Source of the DNA: Candidatus Tanganyikabacteria bacterium
GTDB lineage: Bacteria; Cyanobacteriota; Sericytochromatia; S15B-MN24; VGJW01
Assembly: GCA_016867235.1 (NCBI GenBank)
Contig: VGJY01000002.1
Location: 2,647 to 66,646 of the forward strand
Direction: 5' to 3'
DNA length: 64,000 nucleotides
The stretch's first letter is position 1, and each line of letters starts with the position of its first letter. A program made the translations under genes and the position numbers. The notes under the pieces are model-generated. The model made no database searches. It was not told where the DNA came from and saw only the letters and a list, made by a program, of their open reading frames with translations. Shown here in pieces: positions 27,219-37,322 of the stretch.

Positions 27219-27307
27219 TGAAGCCTCCTCGGGGGGGTGCCGCCCCCCCGAGCCCCCCCGCAATGCCATCCGTGACGCTCCGCCGGGCGTCCCTGCCCGG
27301 CGTGGGG
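27219..27307 (-). promoter_or_regulatory. structured 5' leader element, copy 1
   Basis: It shares about 80 nt with 32905-32990. A 10-bp hairpin CUCGGGGGGG/CCCCCCCGAG overlaps the SD GAGGAGG. A second hairpin at 27281-27302 shows compensatory changes relative to copy 2. Confidence 0.55.
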
Positions 27308-27439
27308 GTTGCACAGCGGTGCCGGCGAAGCTGTTTGATCGCGCACTGCCTCGCATTATAGGGGAAAGGTACGGATAAGGACCGGTTAACCTTTGCCTAA
27401 GTCGCGTCAGGCGAGGCCCTCTCCGGCCGACATTTCCAG

Positions 27440-28216
27440 GTGGTGATGGTGTCAGCAGTCGGGAGCTACCGCGGGGCGATCGCGCCGCGGGTGGCCGGTT
27501 TCGCTCCGTCGGCCCCGGTCTACCCCGGGACGACGCCGCCGGCACAGCCTGCCCCGCAGGGCCCGGTCAACACCCTGCCCGATCCTGCCAACCCGGTGGC
27601 GGCGATCCTGGCCGCGCCGATCAACGCCTCGCTCATCGTCGCCGATCTGGTCCAGGCGCTGTCGCATCCGATCAAGACGATCAAGAGCCTCTGGAGCCTG
27701 ATGGGCAACCTCGGCAAGTTCGATCGGCTCACACCGCTGCAGGCCGCGTCCGGGCCCGCCGCTCGCGATTCCCTGCACGCCGCGGTCGCCGATCTCAAGT
27801 CCAGCGGTCTCACGCACGTCCTCGGTTTTGCCGCCCGCGCCATCGACCGCCGGGCCGGCGTCGCCTTCGCGCAGTTGCGCCCGAGCGTCGAGCAGACGCT
27901 GGGCGGCCGCGCCGGCCGGCCGATCAACCTGATGTGGCCCGCCGCCGGCCGCAACTGGACCGCCCTCGACGACACGATCACGATCCAGAACGTCCTGGCG
28001 CAGTACCCGGACGCCATCGTGCAGAAGGCCTTCATGGGAGTGTCCGAGATCCAGGTGGTGGACCAGAGCTTCCAGGGCTACTTCCAGCCCGTCCGCCGCT
28101 CCGGCGCCGCCTTGATCGTTTCGCGCCCGCTGGGCCTGGTACCCGGCGAGAAGCGCCTTGACGAGTCGCTGATGGCCTACCTCAACGAGGCGGGCCGCGT
28201 CAGCGCCAACTTCTAG
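27440..28216 (+). CDS. hypothetical protein (258 aa)
   Basis: Track ORF with protein-like composition. Confidence 0.45.
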   Translation: MVMVSAVGSYRGAIAPRVAGFAPSAPVYPGTTPPAQPAPQGPVNTLPDPANPVAAILAAPINASLIVADLVQALSHPIKTIKSLWSLMGNLGKFDRLTPLQAASGPAARDSLHAAVADLKSSGLTHVLGFAARAIDRRAGVAFAQLRPSVEQTLGGRAGRPINLMWPAAGRNWTALDDTITIQNVLAQYPDAIVQKAFMGVSEIQVVDQSFQGYFQPVRRSGAALIVSRPLGLVPGEKRLDESLMAYLNEAGRVSANF

Positions 28217-28872
28217 AGCGTCAACTGGCCCGAGACCAGGTCCCGGACGGGCTTGAAGCTCCGGCGGTGCGCCTCGCAGGGGCCCCGTTCGGCCAACGCG
28301 GCCAGGTGCTGGGCGGTCGGGTAGCCCTTGTGGCGATCGAAGCCGTAGGCCGGGAAGCGGGCATGGAGGTCGGCCATGAGCTTGTCGCGGTGCACCTTGG
28401 CCAAGATCGACGCGGCGGCGATCGAGACGCATAGCGCGTCGCCGCCGACGATCGCCTCCTGCGGCACGTCGAGGTCGGGGATCGGGAAGTTGCCGTCCAC
28501 GAGCACGAAGTCGGGCGCGAGGGAGCAGCCGTCGGCTCCTAGCTCCTCGAGCGCACGGCGCATCGCCTCGAGCGACGCTCGCAGGATGTTGAGGCGGTCG
28601 ATTTCGGCCACGTCGCAAAGGCCGACGCCCCAGGCCAGGGCGTGCGCCCGTATCGCGTCGGCACAGGCGTCGCGAGCCCCTTCCGAGAGCTGCTTGGAAT
28701 CGCGCACGTCGCAAAGGGCTTTGCGAGCCTTGCGGTAGCCCCGATCGCCCCGTCCGGGCAAGACGACTGCGGCGGCCACCACCGGCCCGGCCAGGGGCCC
28801 GCGGCCGGCTTCGTCGACACCGGCCACGCGGCGCGAGCCGTACTTCCAGAGGGCAACTTCCCTGGTCCACAT
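28213..28872 (-). CDS. rnhB: ribonuclease HII
   Basis: An internal ATG gives [32 protein letters not shown]...; the DEAGRGP catalytic motif is present. 219 aa. Confidence 0.85.
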   Translation of the reverse strand: MWTREVALWKYGSRRVAGVDEAGRGPLAGPVVAAAVVLPGRGDRGYRKARKALCDVRDSKQLSEGARDACADAIRAHALAWGVGLCDVAEIDRLNILRASLEAMRRALEELGADGCSLAPDFVLVDGNFPIPDLDVPQEAIVGGDALCVSIAAASILAKVHRDKLMADLHARFPAYGFDRHKGYPTAQHLAALAERGPCEAHRRSFKPVRDLVSGQLTL

Positions 28873-29034
28873 AAGTCTGCGGCCTACAGCGCCAGGCTCG
28901 GGAAGAGGCCGCCGGCCGCAGACCCGGCGCCAAAAGGGCGCCCCGACGGCGCTCGGCGCCGAGCGGCCCCCATCGAAACCCTTCCTTCCATGCCTGCCGA
29001 TCATACCCTGGCGGGAGTGATATCCTGAACGCGT

Positions 29035-31695
29035 ATGGGAGGCTCCGCGGCGCAAGTCGACGCGTTCGTGGCGCGCCAGCCCTTCCCCCTCGACGACTTT
29101 CAGCGTGAGGCGATCGAGCACTTGGCGGCCGATCGGTCGGTGCTCGTCTCGGCTCCCACGGGCGCCGGCAAGACCGTCGTCGCCGAATTCGCCGTCCATG
29201 CGGCCCTGGGAGCGGGGCGCCGCTGCATCTACACCACGCCGCTCAAGGCGCTTTCGAACCAGAAGTTCCGCGACCTGCGCGAGTACCTGGGAGAGGCGGT
29301 CGGCCTGATGACGGGCGACGTCGTGATCAACGCCGAAGCCCGCATCCTCATCATGACGACCGAGATCCTGCGAAACATCTTGCAGACCGACCCGGACCGC
29401 GTCGCCGACGTCTCGCACGTCATCCTCGACGAGGCGCACTACATCGGCAGCGAGGGCCGCGGGACCGTCTGGGAGGAAACCATCGTCTTCCTCGGCAAGG
29501 GCACTCTCGTCGTCGCCCTGTCGGCCACCATCCCCAACGCCCAGGAACTCGCGAGCTGGGTCTCCGAGGTCCACCGGCCCATGAGCGTCGTATTCCACGC
29601 CGAGCGCCCGGTCCCGCTGGATTCTTACGTGGCCACGCCCGACATCCAGCGCCTGTTCGACGCCCGCGGCCGCCTGGCGGTCCGGGCGTTCCGCCTGGAC
29701 GGCTGGGTGGACCTGCCCGATCCGGTGGACGTGGTGCGGGGCCTCAAGCTCAAGCGCATGCTTCCGGCCATCTACTTCATCTTCTCGCGCCTGGGCTGCG
29801 AGCAGACCGCCCAGGATCTCATCGCGGCCGACCTGGATTTGACCACCAAGGACGAACGCCTGGAGATCGCCGCCCGGGTGGAGGAGGCCGTCGCCAAGAC
29901 ACCGGGCCTGCTGGGCTCGACGTCGTCGCGCAAGTGGCTCGACGCCCTGCCCAACGGCGTCGCGCCGCACCATGCCGGCCTGCTGCCGCCCCTCAAGCTC
30001 GTGGTAGAGAAGCTCTTCCAGCGAGGGCTGATCAAGGTCGTCTTCGCCACCGAGACGTTGGCGGCGGGCATCAACATGCCGGCCCGCACGGTCGTCGTCT
30101 CGAACCTCCTCAAGCGAACGGACGACGGCGTCAGGATGCTGCACGTGGGCGAGTTCGCGCAGATGACGGGCCGCGCCGGCCGCCGGGGCATGGACAAGGT
30201 CGGCCACGCCGTCGTGCTCGCCTCGCATCGCTACACGCCGCATGACATCGCCCACCTGGTGCGCGATCCCGTCGAACCGCTGCGCAGCCGCTTCACGCTC
30301 AACTACAACATGGTGGCCAACCTGACGCACCGCTACGAGCCCCCCGCGGCCAAGCGCATCGTCGAGCAGAGCTTCGCCAGTTTCCAGGGCGATCAGGTCA
30401 TCGCGCACCTCGTCGAGCAAAGGCGGGAGGTGCAGCGGCGCCTTGGCCGCATCGACCTGCGTTGCCCGGTCCTCCCCGACGCCGGCCGGGAGGACCTGCT
30501 GGGGCGCTTCGCCACGGCGCGCGGCAAGCGCGACTCTCTCAAGAAGCGCCTGGGCGCCATGATGGCCCAGCGGCGCTACTTGCCGCGGCCCGTCGCGGCC
30601 GAGCGCATCGCCAGGGCGGCCATCGGCTCCTGGCTGCTGGTGCACCTGCCCGGGCGCACCCGCCCGGAACTGGCGCTCCTGCTGCACAGGCAGCTCACAA
30701 GGAGCGGCGACGCCCACTTCACGGTGCTGACCGACCTGCCAGCCCTGATCCGCCTGGGGACCGCGCACCTGGTCGCCGTCCTGGATGCCGCGCCGGTCTC
30801 CGAGCTGCCGCCCCAGCCCGTCCTGGCCAAGGCCGGCGCCCTGTCCTTCCTCCAGCAGATCAAGCCGGCGGGTTACGAGCCGCGTTTCCCGGCGTGGCTG
30901 GAGAGCAGCGGCCTGGACCTGGCCGACTTCGGCTGGACGCTGGAAGAACCGCCCGACATCCGCCGGGCGAAGGCCAAGCTGGATGAAGTCCTGCTGGAGC
31001 TGGGCCGCCTGCCTTGCGTCACCTGCCGGGTCCGGGTCGAGTGCAGCGACCTGGTCGACGAACACCGCCTGCTCGGCAAGGAAGAATCCGCGCTCGGCCG
31101 GGAGATCGAACAGGTCAAGAGCGCCCACTGGCGCGAGTTCCAGGCCCTGCACCGGGTGCTCGAGGAACTCGGCTACATGCGCGGCCGGGAATTGCTCGCG
31201 CGCGGCGCGGCGATCGCCAACATCCGCACCACGAATGAACTCATGGCCGCCGAATGCGTGGCCGGCGGCTTCCTGGAAGATCTGGGCCCGGTAGCGGTGG
31301 CGACCGTGGTGAGCTGCCTGGTCGCCGAGCCGCCGCGCGGCCGGCAGGCCTGGCACCCCCTGCCGTACCGGGACGCCGTCTACAAGATCTGCCGGCAACT
31401 GGCGCTGATCGGCCGCGACCTGGTGAAGGTGCAGCGGCAGTTCAGCGTCGATCTGCCGGTCTACCTGGAGCGCGAGTACGCCGGACTCACGCAGGCCTGG
31501 GCCGAGGGCGGCGCATGGGCCGATCTGGTCGCCGCCTCCGGCATCGACGAGGGGCAACTCGTGCGCCACCTGCGCCAGGTCATCGACTTGCTGCAGCAAT
31601 TGCGCGAGGTGCCGGGGGTCGGGGCGGCGTTCCACGCGAAGGCCCGCGACGCCGCGGCCTTGCTGGATCGCGACATCGTGAAGGAGGTCTTCTGA
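29035..31695 (+). CDS. Ski2-like/HelY-type DEAD/DEAH-box helicase
   Basis: 886 aa with helicase motifs [12 protein letters not shown] (ILDEAHY), SAT and [10 protein letters not shown], plus Ski2-type C-terminal domains. Confidence 0.8.
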   Translation: MGGSAAQVDAFVARQPFPLDDFQREAIEHLAADRSVLVSAPTGAGKTVVAEFAVHAALGAGRRCIYTTPLKALSNQKFRDLREYLGEAVGLMTGDVVINAEARILIMTTEILRNILQTDPDRVADVSHVILDEAHYIGSEGRGTVWEETIVFLGKGTLVVALSATIPNAQELASWVSEVHRPMSVVFHAERPVPLDSYVATPDIQRLFDARGRLAVRAFRLDGWVDLPDPVDVVRGLKLKRMLPAIYFIFSRLGCEQTAQDLIAADLDLTTKDERLEIAARVEEAVAKTPGLLGSTSSRKWLDALPNGVAPHHAGLLPPLKLVVEKLFQRGLIKVVFATETLAAGINMPARTVVVSNLLKRTDDGVRMLHVGEFAQMTGRAGRRGMDKVGHAVVLASHRYTPHDIAHLVRDPVEPLRSRFTLNYNMVANLTHRYEPPAAKRIVEQSFASFQGDQVIAHLVEQRREVQRRLGRIDLRCPVLPDAGREDLLGRFATARGKRDSLKKRLGAMMAQRRYLPRPVAAERIARAAIGSWLLVHLPGRTRPELALLLHRQLTRSGDAHFTVLTDLPALIRLGTAHLVAVLDAAPVSELPPQPVLAKAGALSFLQQIKPAGYEPRFPAWLESSGLDLADFGWTLEEPPDIRRAKAKLDEVLLELGRLPCVTCRVRVECSDLVDEHRLLGKEESALGREIEQVKSAHWREFQALHRVLEELGYMRGRELLARGAAIANIRTTNELMAAECVAGGFLEDLGPVAVATVVSCLVAEPPRGRQAWHPLPYRDAVYKICRQLALIGRDLVKVQRQFSVDLPVYLEREYAGLTQAWAEGGAWADLVAASGIDEGQLVRHLRQVIDLLQQLREVPGVGAAFHAKARDAAALLDRDIVKEVF

Positions 31696-32904
31696 CTACT
31701 CCCGGAAGCGCGGCAAGCTGACGAGAGTGCCGTTGCGGGCCTCGACCCCCACCCGGGGAGCAAACGTCGCGCCCGAGGGGAAGGCGACCCAGAGCGGTTC
31801 CTTGAGCCGGTAGTAGAACGGGTACAGCACGACCGCAGAGCCGGGCCCGAGCCACCCGACCTGCCGCTCCACGTACTCGCTCTCGAGCATCTCGAGGGCG
31901 CGGGGCGAATCCACCCGCGCCTTGGCCAGCAGGTCGGTGCCTGCTCGCCATTGCGTCCACTCCCCGCCGGCCGCGCGCCAGGTGGGGCCGCCGCCGAAGC
32001 GCGGCACCGTGACGTCGATGTCGCCGGCCTTGACCGAACTGGTGGCAGCGAACACCACGTGCCAGTCACCTTCCTTGACCAGGCCCGGCTTGAAGTCCCG
32101 GATATCCCGGGTGTAGGCCAGGTACGGCGCCCAGTCCGCCCCCAACTGACCGCGGACGGCGACCGTCGCCTTCCGCAACGCCCACAGCCCGGATCCCTCC
32201 TCGCCCTCGGGGAGGTCGGCGGGAACCGCGGCCGGCGTCGGGGACGGGGACGCGCCGATCGTCACCGTCGCGACGTCGGCGGTGCGGAGGTTGAGTTCCC
32301 GGGCAAGCCGCTTGTTGTAATCGTCCACCGCGGCCTTGGCGACGTCCTGCGCGAGGTACCTTGGTCGCAACGTCCCGGCCGACTCGCCGACCAGTTCGCC
32401 CAGCAACCAGGCGCCATACAGGGCCATGCCGGCGCCGGCGGCCGCGAGGCCGAAGCCGCGCCAGTCGGCGCCGCAGCCGGCGATCACGGTGGTGTCGTCG
32501 CATGGCACGGCGGGAAACGGCGCCAGGAGCGACGGCGGCAACGTGACCGCGCCCAGCTTGGTCTCGGTCGGCCGCTTGCCGAAGAAGTTGTCGACGGCCA
32601 GCAGCAAGCCCAGCGGCAGCGCCAGGCTGCCGACCTCGACCCGATACAGCCACGAGCGCGTCATGTTGCGCCTGACCCGCCGCTCGAGCTCGGGATCGGC
32701 CGAAGACGTCGCCAGGTCCAGGTCGGAAATGGGCCTCGAGCCGCGCTTGACCGAGTAGGAAGCCGAGCCTTCCGCCTTGAAGTCGATCGCCCGGTCGGTG
32801 TACTCCTTGATCCGCTCGGTCGGATCGTCGGCCACCTCGGCGTCTACCGGGCTCGAAACGGCCAGCAGCGCCGCGAGCGCGACCACGAGACCGGGACGCT
32901 TCAT
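31696..32904 (-). CDS. secreted hypothetical protein (402 aa)
   Basis: An internal ATG gives the signal peptide MKRPGLVVALAALLAVSSPVDA. It is preceded by leader element copy 2. Confidence 0.55.
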   Translation of the reverse strand: MKRPGLVVALAALLAVSSPVDAEVADDPTERIKEYTDRAIDFKAEGSASYSVKRGSRPISDLDLATSSADPELERRVRRNMTRSWLYRVEVGSLALPLGLLLAVDNFFGKRPTETKLGAVTLPPSLLAPFPAVPCDDTTVIAGCGADWRGFGLAAAGAGMALYGAWLLGELVGESAGTLRPRYLAQDVAKAAVDDYNKRLARELNLRTADVATVTIGASPSPTPAAVPADLPEGEEGSGLWALRKATVAVRGQLGADWAPYLAYTRDIRDFKPGLVKEGDWHVVFAATSSVKAGDIDVTVPRFGGGPTWRAAGGEWTQWRAGTDLLAKARVDSPRALEMLESEYVERQVGWLGPGSAVVLYPFYYRLKEPLWVAFPSGATFAPRVGVEARNGTLVSLPRFRE

Positions 32905-32990
32905 AGCCTCCTCGGGGGGGTGCCGCCCCCCCGAGCCCCCCCGCAGTGTCGTCCGTGACGATCCGCCGGACATCCCTGTCCGGCGAGGGG
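32905..32990 (-). promoter_or_regulatory. structured 5' leader element, copy 2
   Basis: Same G7/C7 hairpin and SD as copy 1. The hairpin at 32964-32985 carries compensatory G-C to A-U substitutions. Confidence 0.55.
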
Positions 32991-33042
32991 CGCGTGCACC
33001 GGTGTCGGCGCAGCCGGTGAACAACTCATATGACGGACATCA

Positions 33043-33798
33043 ATGCTAGCATGGGCTGCTTTGAGCGATATCACCGACATCTTCGCCGCGGACAGCCGAC
33101 TTGGCCAGATCCTCATCCGTCGCGGCGTGGTGACGCCGGCCGAACTGGAGGACGCCCTGCGCGTCCAGGAAGCCCAGCCGGAGCGGCAACTCGGAGAGAT
33201 CCTGGTCGCCCAGCACTCGGCCACGCCGAGCCAGATCCGCGAGGCGCTGCGCGATCAGCTTGCCGACGCCCGCCTGGGGCAGATCCTGGTGCGCATCGGC
33301 GCGGTCAAGCCCGAGCACCTCGGCGAGGCCCTGGATCTCCAGGCCGACCGCGGCGGCTTGCTGGGCGAGATCCTGGTCGAGCTGGAATTCTCGACCAAGG
33401 AGCAGATCGCCTGGGCCCTCTCGCAGCAGAACGCCGAGAAGCGTTTCGGGTCGTTCCTGCTGCGGCGCCGCCTCATCGCGCCCGAGCAGCTCGACCAGGC
33501 GATGCGCCTGCTGGGCAAGCGCCCCGACGCCCTGCTGTCGGAGATCCTCGTCGAGGAAGGGTACCTCACCCTCGAGCAGGTGCAGGAAAACCTGCGCTTC
33601 CAGCTGCAGGAAGCCCGCCTGGGCCAGATCCTCATCAAGCAGGGCTCGCTCACCGAGGGCCAGCTCGAGCAGGCCCTGATCCGCCAGGGAGCCACGGGTC
33701 AACTCCTGGGCGAGATCCTGGTGGCCACCGGCCTGTGCACGCTCGAGCAGATCGGGCGCGCCCTCGAAGAGCAGATGGCAACGACAAGCGAGTCGTGA
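33043..33798 (+). CDS. stand-alone protein of tandem T2SSE_N/MshEN-type repeats (predicted c-di-GMP-binding)
   Basis: 251 aa with eight copies of the 24-residue motif (R/Q)LG(Q/E)IL(V/I)xxGxxTxxQLxxALxxQ. Confidence 0.65.
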   Translation: MLAWAALSDITDIFAADSRLGQILIRRGVVTPAELEDALRVQEAQPERQLGEILVAQHSATPSQIREALRDQLADARLGQILVRIGAVKPEHLGEALDLQADRGGLLGEILVELEFSTKEQIAWALSQQNAEKRFGSFLLRRRLIAPEQLDQAMRLLGKRPDALLSEILVEEGYLTLEQVQENLRFQLQEARLGQILIKQGSLTEGQLEQALIRQGATGQLLGEILVATGLCTLEQIGRALEEQMATTSES

Positions 33799-34931
33799 CC
33801 GAGCGGATCCTCGTTTCCGGCTACTACGGGTTCGGCAACACCGGCGACGAGGCCATCCTCGCCTCGATCGCGCAGCACCTCGGCAAGGCCGGGGAGCTGG
33901 TGGTGCTCTCGGCCAATCCCCGGCACACGGCACTCGAGCACAAGGTTCGCGCCATCTCCCGGCTGGATCTGCCAGCGATCGCGCGCGAACTCGGGCGCGC
34001 CGCGCTGTTCGTCTCGGGCGGCGGCGGTCTCCTGCAGGACGCGACCGGCCCTGGCAGCGTCCCCTACTATGCCGGCCTGCTCAAGATGGCCCAGTGGCGG
34101 CGCGTACCCACCATGTTGCTTGGCGCCGGCATCGGGCCGCTTGGCACGTCGCTGGGACAGGCGCTCACCCGCATGGCGGCGAGCAGGTGCCGGGTCTGCG
34201 CGGTGCGCGACGACCAGTCCGCCCGGATCCTCCAGGCCCTGGGAGTCGAACCGGCGCGCATCGCCGTCACGGCCGACACGGTGCTCGCCCTGGATCCGGC
34301 GGCTCCCGAGCGTGTCGACGAACTGCTGGCCCGCGGCGGCGTCGACCTCGGGCACGCGCCGGCGATCGGCGTGGCGATCCGCCCCTGGCCCACCTGGTTC
34401 GAGCGGCAGTTCAAGGCCTTCTCGGCGGTCCTGGCGCAGGTGGCCGCCCGCGAGGGCGCGCAGGTGCTGCTCATCCCGTTCCAGCGGCCGCACGACGATC
34501 GCATCACGCAGGAACTATACGACTGCTTGCAATTCCGGCCTCACTCGCATGCGCCGCGTGTCACCGTGCTGACCGAGCCGATGACCGCGGCCGAGACGCT
34601 AGGCGTCCTGGGACGCTGCGGCCTGGTGTTCGCGATGCGCCTCCACGCGCTGATCATGGCGGCGGCCTCCTGCGTGCCCTTCGTGGGGGTCGCGTACGAT
34701 CCCAAGGTCGAGCATTTCGCCGCGGCCTGGGACATGCCGGTGGTTCTGGGCGTCGAGGGCCTTGAAGATTCGCGCCGGGTAGAGGATCTCGTCGGCCGCA
34801 TGTGGGGGCAGCGCGAGGTCACGGCCGGCGTCATGCGCCAGTTGCTGCCGCGGCAGCAGGACCTGGCCCGCCAGAACTTCGAGCTGGCGCGGCAGACGGC
34901 CGGTTTGACCGGGGATCTCCAGTGGGTATGA
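33795..34931 (+). CDS. csaB: polysaccharide pyruvyl transferase CsaB
   Basis: A GTG start overlaps the previous stop. The N-terminal motif is SGYYGFGNTGDEAIL. Confidence 0.75.
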   Translation: MTERILVSGYYGFGNTGDEAILASIAQHLGKAGELVVLSANPRHTALEHKVRAISRLDLPAIARELGRAALFVSGGGGLLQDATGPGSVPYYAGLLKMAQWRRVPTMLLGAGIGPLGTSLGQALTRMAASRCRVCAVRDDQSARILQALGVEPARIAVTADTVLALDPAAPERVDELLARGGVDLGHAPAIGVAIRPWPTWFERQFKAFSAVLAQVAAREGAQVLLIPFQRPHDDRITQELYDCLQFRPHSHAPRVTVLTEPMTAAETLGVLGRCGLVFAMRLHALIMAAASCVPFVGVAYDPKVEHFAAAWDMPVVLGVEGLEDSRRVEDLVGRMWGQREVTAGVMRQLLPRQQDLARQNFELARQTAGLTGDLQWV

Positions 34932-35743
34932 GTGTTGAGGGCGTGCCGCGGCTGCGCGTACTTGGAATCCCGGTCGATCCCATCGACGCCACCCGGGCCG
35001 CGCGGCTGGTGGCGCGGCATCTGGCCGACGGCACCCCGATCCAGGTGGTCACCATCAATGCCGAGATGGCAATGAACACTCGCGCCGATCCCGCCCTCGC
35101 CGCGGTGATCGGGCAGGCCGGCCTCGTGTTGCCGGACGGCTCCGGCGTGGTCTGGGCCGCGAGGCGCCGCGGCGCCAGGGTGCGCAAGCTGCCGGGAGTC
35201 GAGTTCATTCACGAGATTTGCGCGGCCTGTGCCCGCGCGGGGCGGCCCCTGTACCTGCTGGGGGCGGCGCCCGGGGTCGCCCAGGCAGCGGCCGAGGTCC
35301 TCGCGGCCCGCCACAAGGGCCTCGAAATCGGCGGCGTGCGGGACGGCTACTTCAAGCCGGAGGAAGAGGACGCGGTGCTGGAGGCCATTCGCGAGGCCAG
35401 GCCGGGCGCGCTGCTGGTGGCGCTGGGGGTACCGCGGCAGGAGTTCTGGATCGCGCGGCACCAGGCCGCTCTGGAGGTGCCCGTCGCGATGGGCGTGGGC
35501 GGGAGCTTCGACGTGCTGTCCGGCCGCCTGCGGCGCGCTCCCGGCTGGATGCGCGCCCTGCACCTCGAATGGCTCTACCGGCTCATCCAGGAGCCATGGC
35601 GGTGGAAGCGCATGCTCACGGCGCTACCCACCTTTGCGATCCTTGCACTGGCTTCCGAGAAGCAAGAAAGATACACTGGCTACGGTATGGTAGCGGCGGC
35701 AAGTGGCCAACAGCCTGGCGAGCAAGGAGGACTTCCTCTGTGA
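34928..35743 (+). CDS. WecB/TagA/CpsF family glycosyltransferase
   Basis: 271 aa, overlapping csaB by 4 nt; family pattern PDGSGVVWAARRRG...LGAAPGVAQAAAEVL. Confidence 0.7.
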   Translation: MSVEGVPRLRVLGIPVDPIDATRAARLVARHLADGTPIQVVTINAEMAMNTRADPALAAVIGQAGLVLPDGSGVVWAARRRGARVRKLPGVEFIHEICAACARAGRPLYLLGAAPGVAQAAAEVLAARHKGLEIGGVRDGYFKPEEEDAVLEAIREARPGALLVALGVPRQEFWIARHQAALEVPVAMGVGGSFDVLSGRLRRAPGWMRALHLEWLYRLIQEPWRWKRMLTALPTFAILALASEKQERYTGYGMVAAASGQQPGEQGGLPL

Positions 35744-36429
35744 TCCGGCTCAAACAGGTCACCAAGGTCTACTCCAACGGCGTACGAGCGCTGATGGGGC
35801 TGAACCTCGAGATCAACCCGTCGGAATTCGTCTTCCTGGTAGGCCCCTCGGGCGCGGGGAAGAGCACGCTGCTCAAGCTGCTCTACCGGGCCGAGGAGCC
35901 CACATCGGGCCAGGTGCTGGTGGGCGGCGTCGAGATCAGCCGCCTGTCCCGCGGCCAGTTGCCGGCGCTGCGGCGACGCATCGGCGTGGTGTTCCAGGAC
36001 TACAAGCTGCTGCCGCAGCGCACGGTCTTCGAGAACGTCGCATTCGCGCTCAAGGTGCTGGGCACGAGCCGGGCCGAGGTCGAGAAGCGCACGCGCAGCG
36101 CGCTGGATCTCGTGGGGCTGCGCGAGTACGCCGACCTCATGCCGGCCCAGCTTTCCGGCGGCCAGCAGCAGCGCGTCTGCCTGGCGCGGGCCATCGTCAA
36201 CACGCCGCCGCTGCTGCTGTGCGACGAGCCCACCGGCAACCTGGATCCCGAGACCAGCTGGGACATCATGCGGTTGCTCACGCGCATCAACCAGCACGGC
36301 ACCACGGTGGTGGTGGCGACCCACAACAAGATGATCGTCGACTCCATGCGCCGCCGCGTCGTCACCGTCGACGGCGGGCGCATGATCCTCGACCAGCAGC
36401 GCGGAGGCTACCCGGTTGGAGTCGGTTAG
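35740..36429 (+). CDS. ftsE: cell division ATP-binding protein FtsE
   Basis: GTG start with AGGAGG upstream. Walker [13 protein letters not shown] signature LSGGQQQRV and Walker B LLLCDEPT are all present. Confidence 0.85.
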   Translation: MIRLKQVTKVYSNGVRALMGLNLEINPSEFVFLVGPSGAGKSTLLKLLYRAEEPTSGQVLVGGVEISRLSRGQLPALRRRIGVVFQDYKLLPQRTVFENVAFALKVLGTSRAEVEKRTRSALDLVGLREYADLMPAQLSGGQQQRVCLARAIVNTPPLLLCDEPTGNLDPETSWDIMRLLTRINQHGTTVVVATHNKMIVDSMRRRVVTVDGGRMILDQQRGGYPVGVG

Positions 36430-37315
36430 GCGGCTCTGGCGCCAGGTCGGCTTCGTCGCCGAGGAGGCGATCGCCTCGATCACCCGCTCCGGGTGGATGA
36501 GCTGGATCGTCATCATCACCATGACGGTGTCGCTGTCCATCCTGGGCGGCGTCTGGCAGCTCTCGGACGATCTCTACGGCCTGTCGCGCGCGATTGGCGG
36601 CAAGGTCGAGGTGATGGTCTTCGTCGCCGAGCAAGGCGATGCCGCGCGGCTGGCCTCCGGCATCCGGGCGATCGAGGGGGTCAGCACCACCGAGGTCATC
36701 CCCAAGGATCGCGCCTGGCAGCAGCTCCAGAAGGAGATGAAGCACCAGGTCTCGTTCGAGAACCTCCTCGACGACAACCCTCTTCCCGACACGATTCGCG
36801 TGAAGGTGCTGGATCCCGACCAGGTCGAACCGGTCGCCACCCGCATTCGCAACCTGCCGGGCGTCGAGGACGTCAACTACGGGCGCGACCTGCTGGCCAA
36901 GGTCCAGCAACTGTCGACGTTCGTGCAGGCCGCGGGCCTCATCATCGTGGGCATCCTGATGGTCGCGACCCTGGCGGTCACCGGCAACACCATCCGCCTG
37001 ACGGTGCAGTCGCGGCGGCGCGAGATCGAGATCATGCAGCTGGTGGGCGCCTCGGCGGGCTTCATCCACTGGCCCTTCATCCTGGAGGGCATGCTCTTCG
37101 GCTTTTTGGGCACCCTGCTCACCAGCGGCCTGCTGGTGGTGTGGCGCGGTTTCGTGCTCGCGCGGTTGCAGGAGCTGTTTCCCTTCGTGCCGCTCGAGCC
37201 CAGCACCGTCCAGACCGTGCGCCTGATGGCCAACCTGCTGCTGGTGGGGATGGGCGTGGGAGCCATGGGCAGCCTGGTGTCGGTCAAGCGCCACCTCTCG
37301 CAGTCGGGAGTCTGA
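36416..37315 (+). CDS. ftsX: cell division permease FtsX
   Basis: 299 aa with four TM helices and an FtsX extracellular domain. It overlaps ftsE. Confidence 0.8.
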   Translation: MESVRRLWRQVGFVAEEAIASITRSGWMSWIVIITMTVSLSILGGVWQLSDDLYGLSRAIGGKVEVMVFVAEQGDAARLASGIRAIEGVSTTEVIPKDRAWQQLQKEMKHQVSFENLLDDNPLPDTIRVKVLDPDQVEPVATRIRNLPGVEDVNYGRDLLAKVQQLSTFVQAAGLIIVGILMVATLAVTGNTIRLTVQSRRREIEIMQLVGASAGFIHWPFILEGMLFGFLGTLLTSGLLVVWRGFVLARLQELFPFVPLEPSTVQTVRLMANLLLVGMGVGAMGSLVSVKRHLSQSGV

Positions 37316-37322
37316 CGCTCAT

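Noticed and set aside
27228-27261. Runs of G7/C7 as a possible G-quadruplex or CRISPR-like repeat.
   Set aside because: There are only two G-tracts per strand, fewer than the four needed for a canonical G4. There is no repeat-spacer periodicity. It is better explained as a hairpin and alternative helix of a 5' leader.
28213-31635. 1140-aa minus-strand ORF antisense to the helicase gene. There are similar long ORFs at 47608..50976 (-), 53113..56604 (+), 8098..10326 (+), 22787..23842 (-) and 36877..39138 (-).
   Set aside because: In a 70% GC genome stop codons are rare in all frames. These ORFs are Arg/Gly/Pro-rich with no motifs, and they overlap well-supported genes with clear family signatures on the other strand or frame. 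Only the portions matching known families were kept, for example rnhB at 28213-28872.
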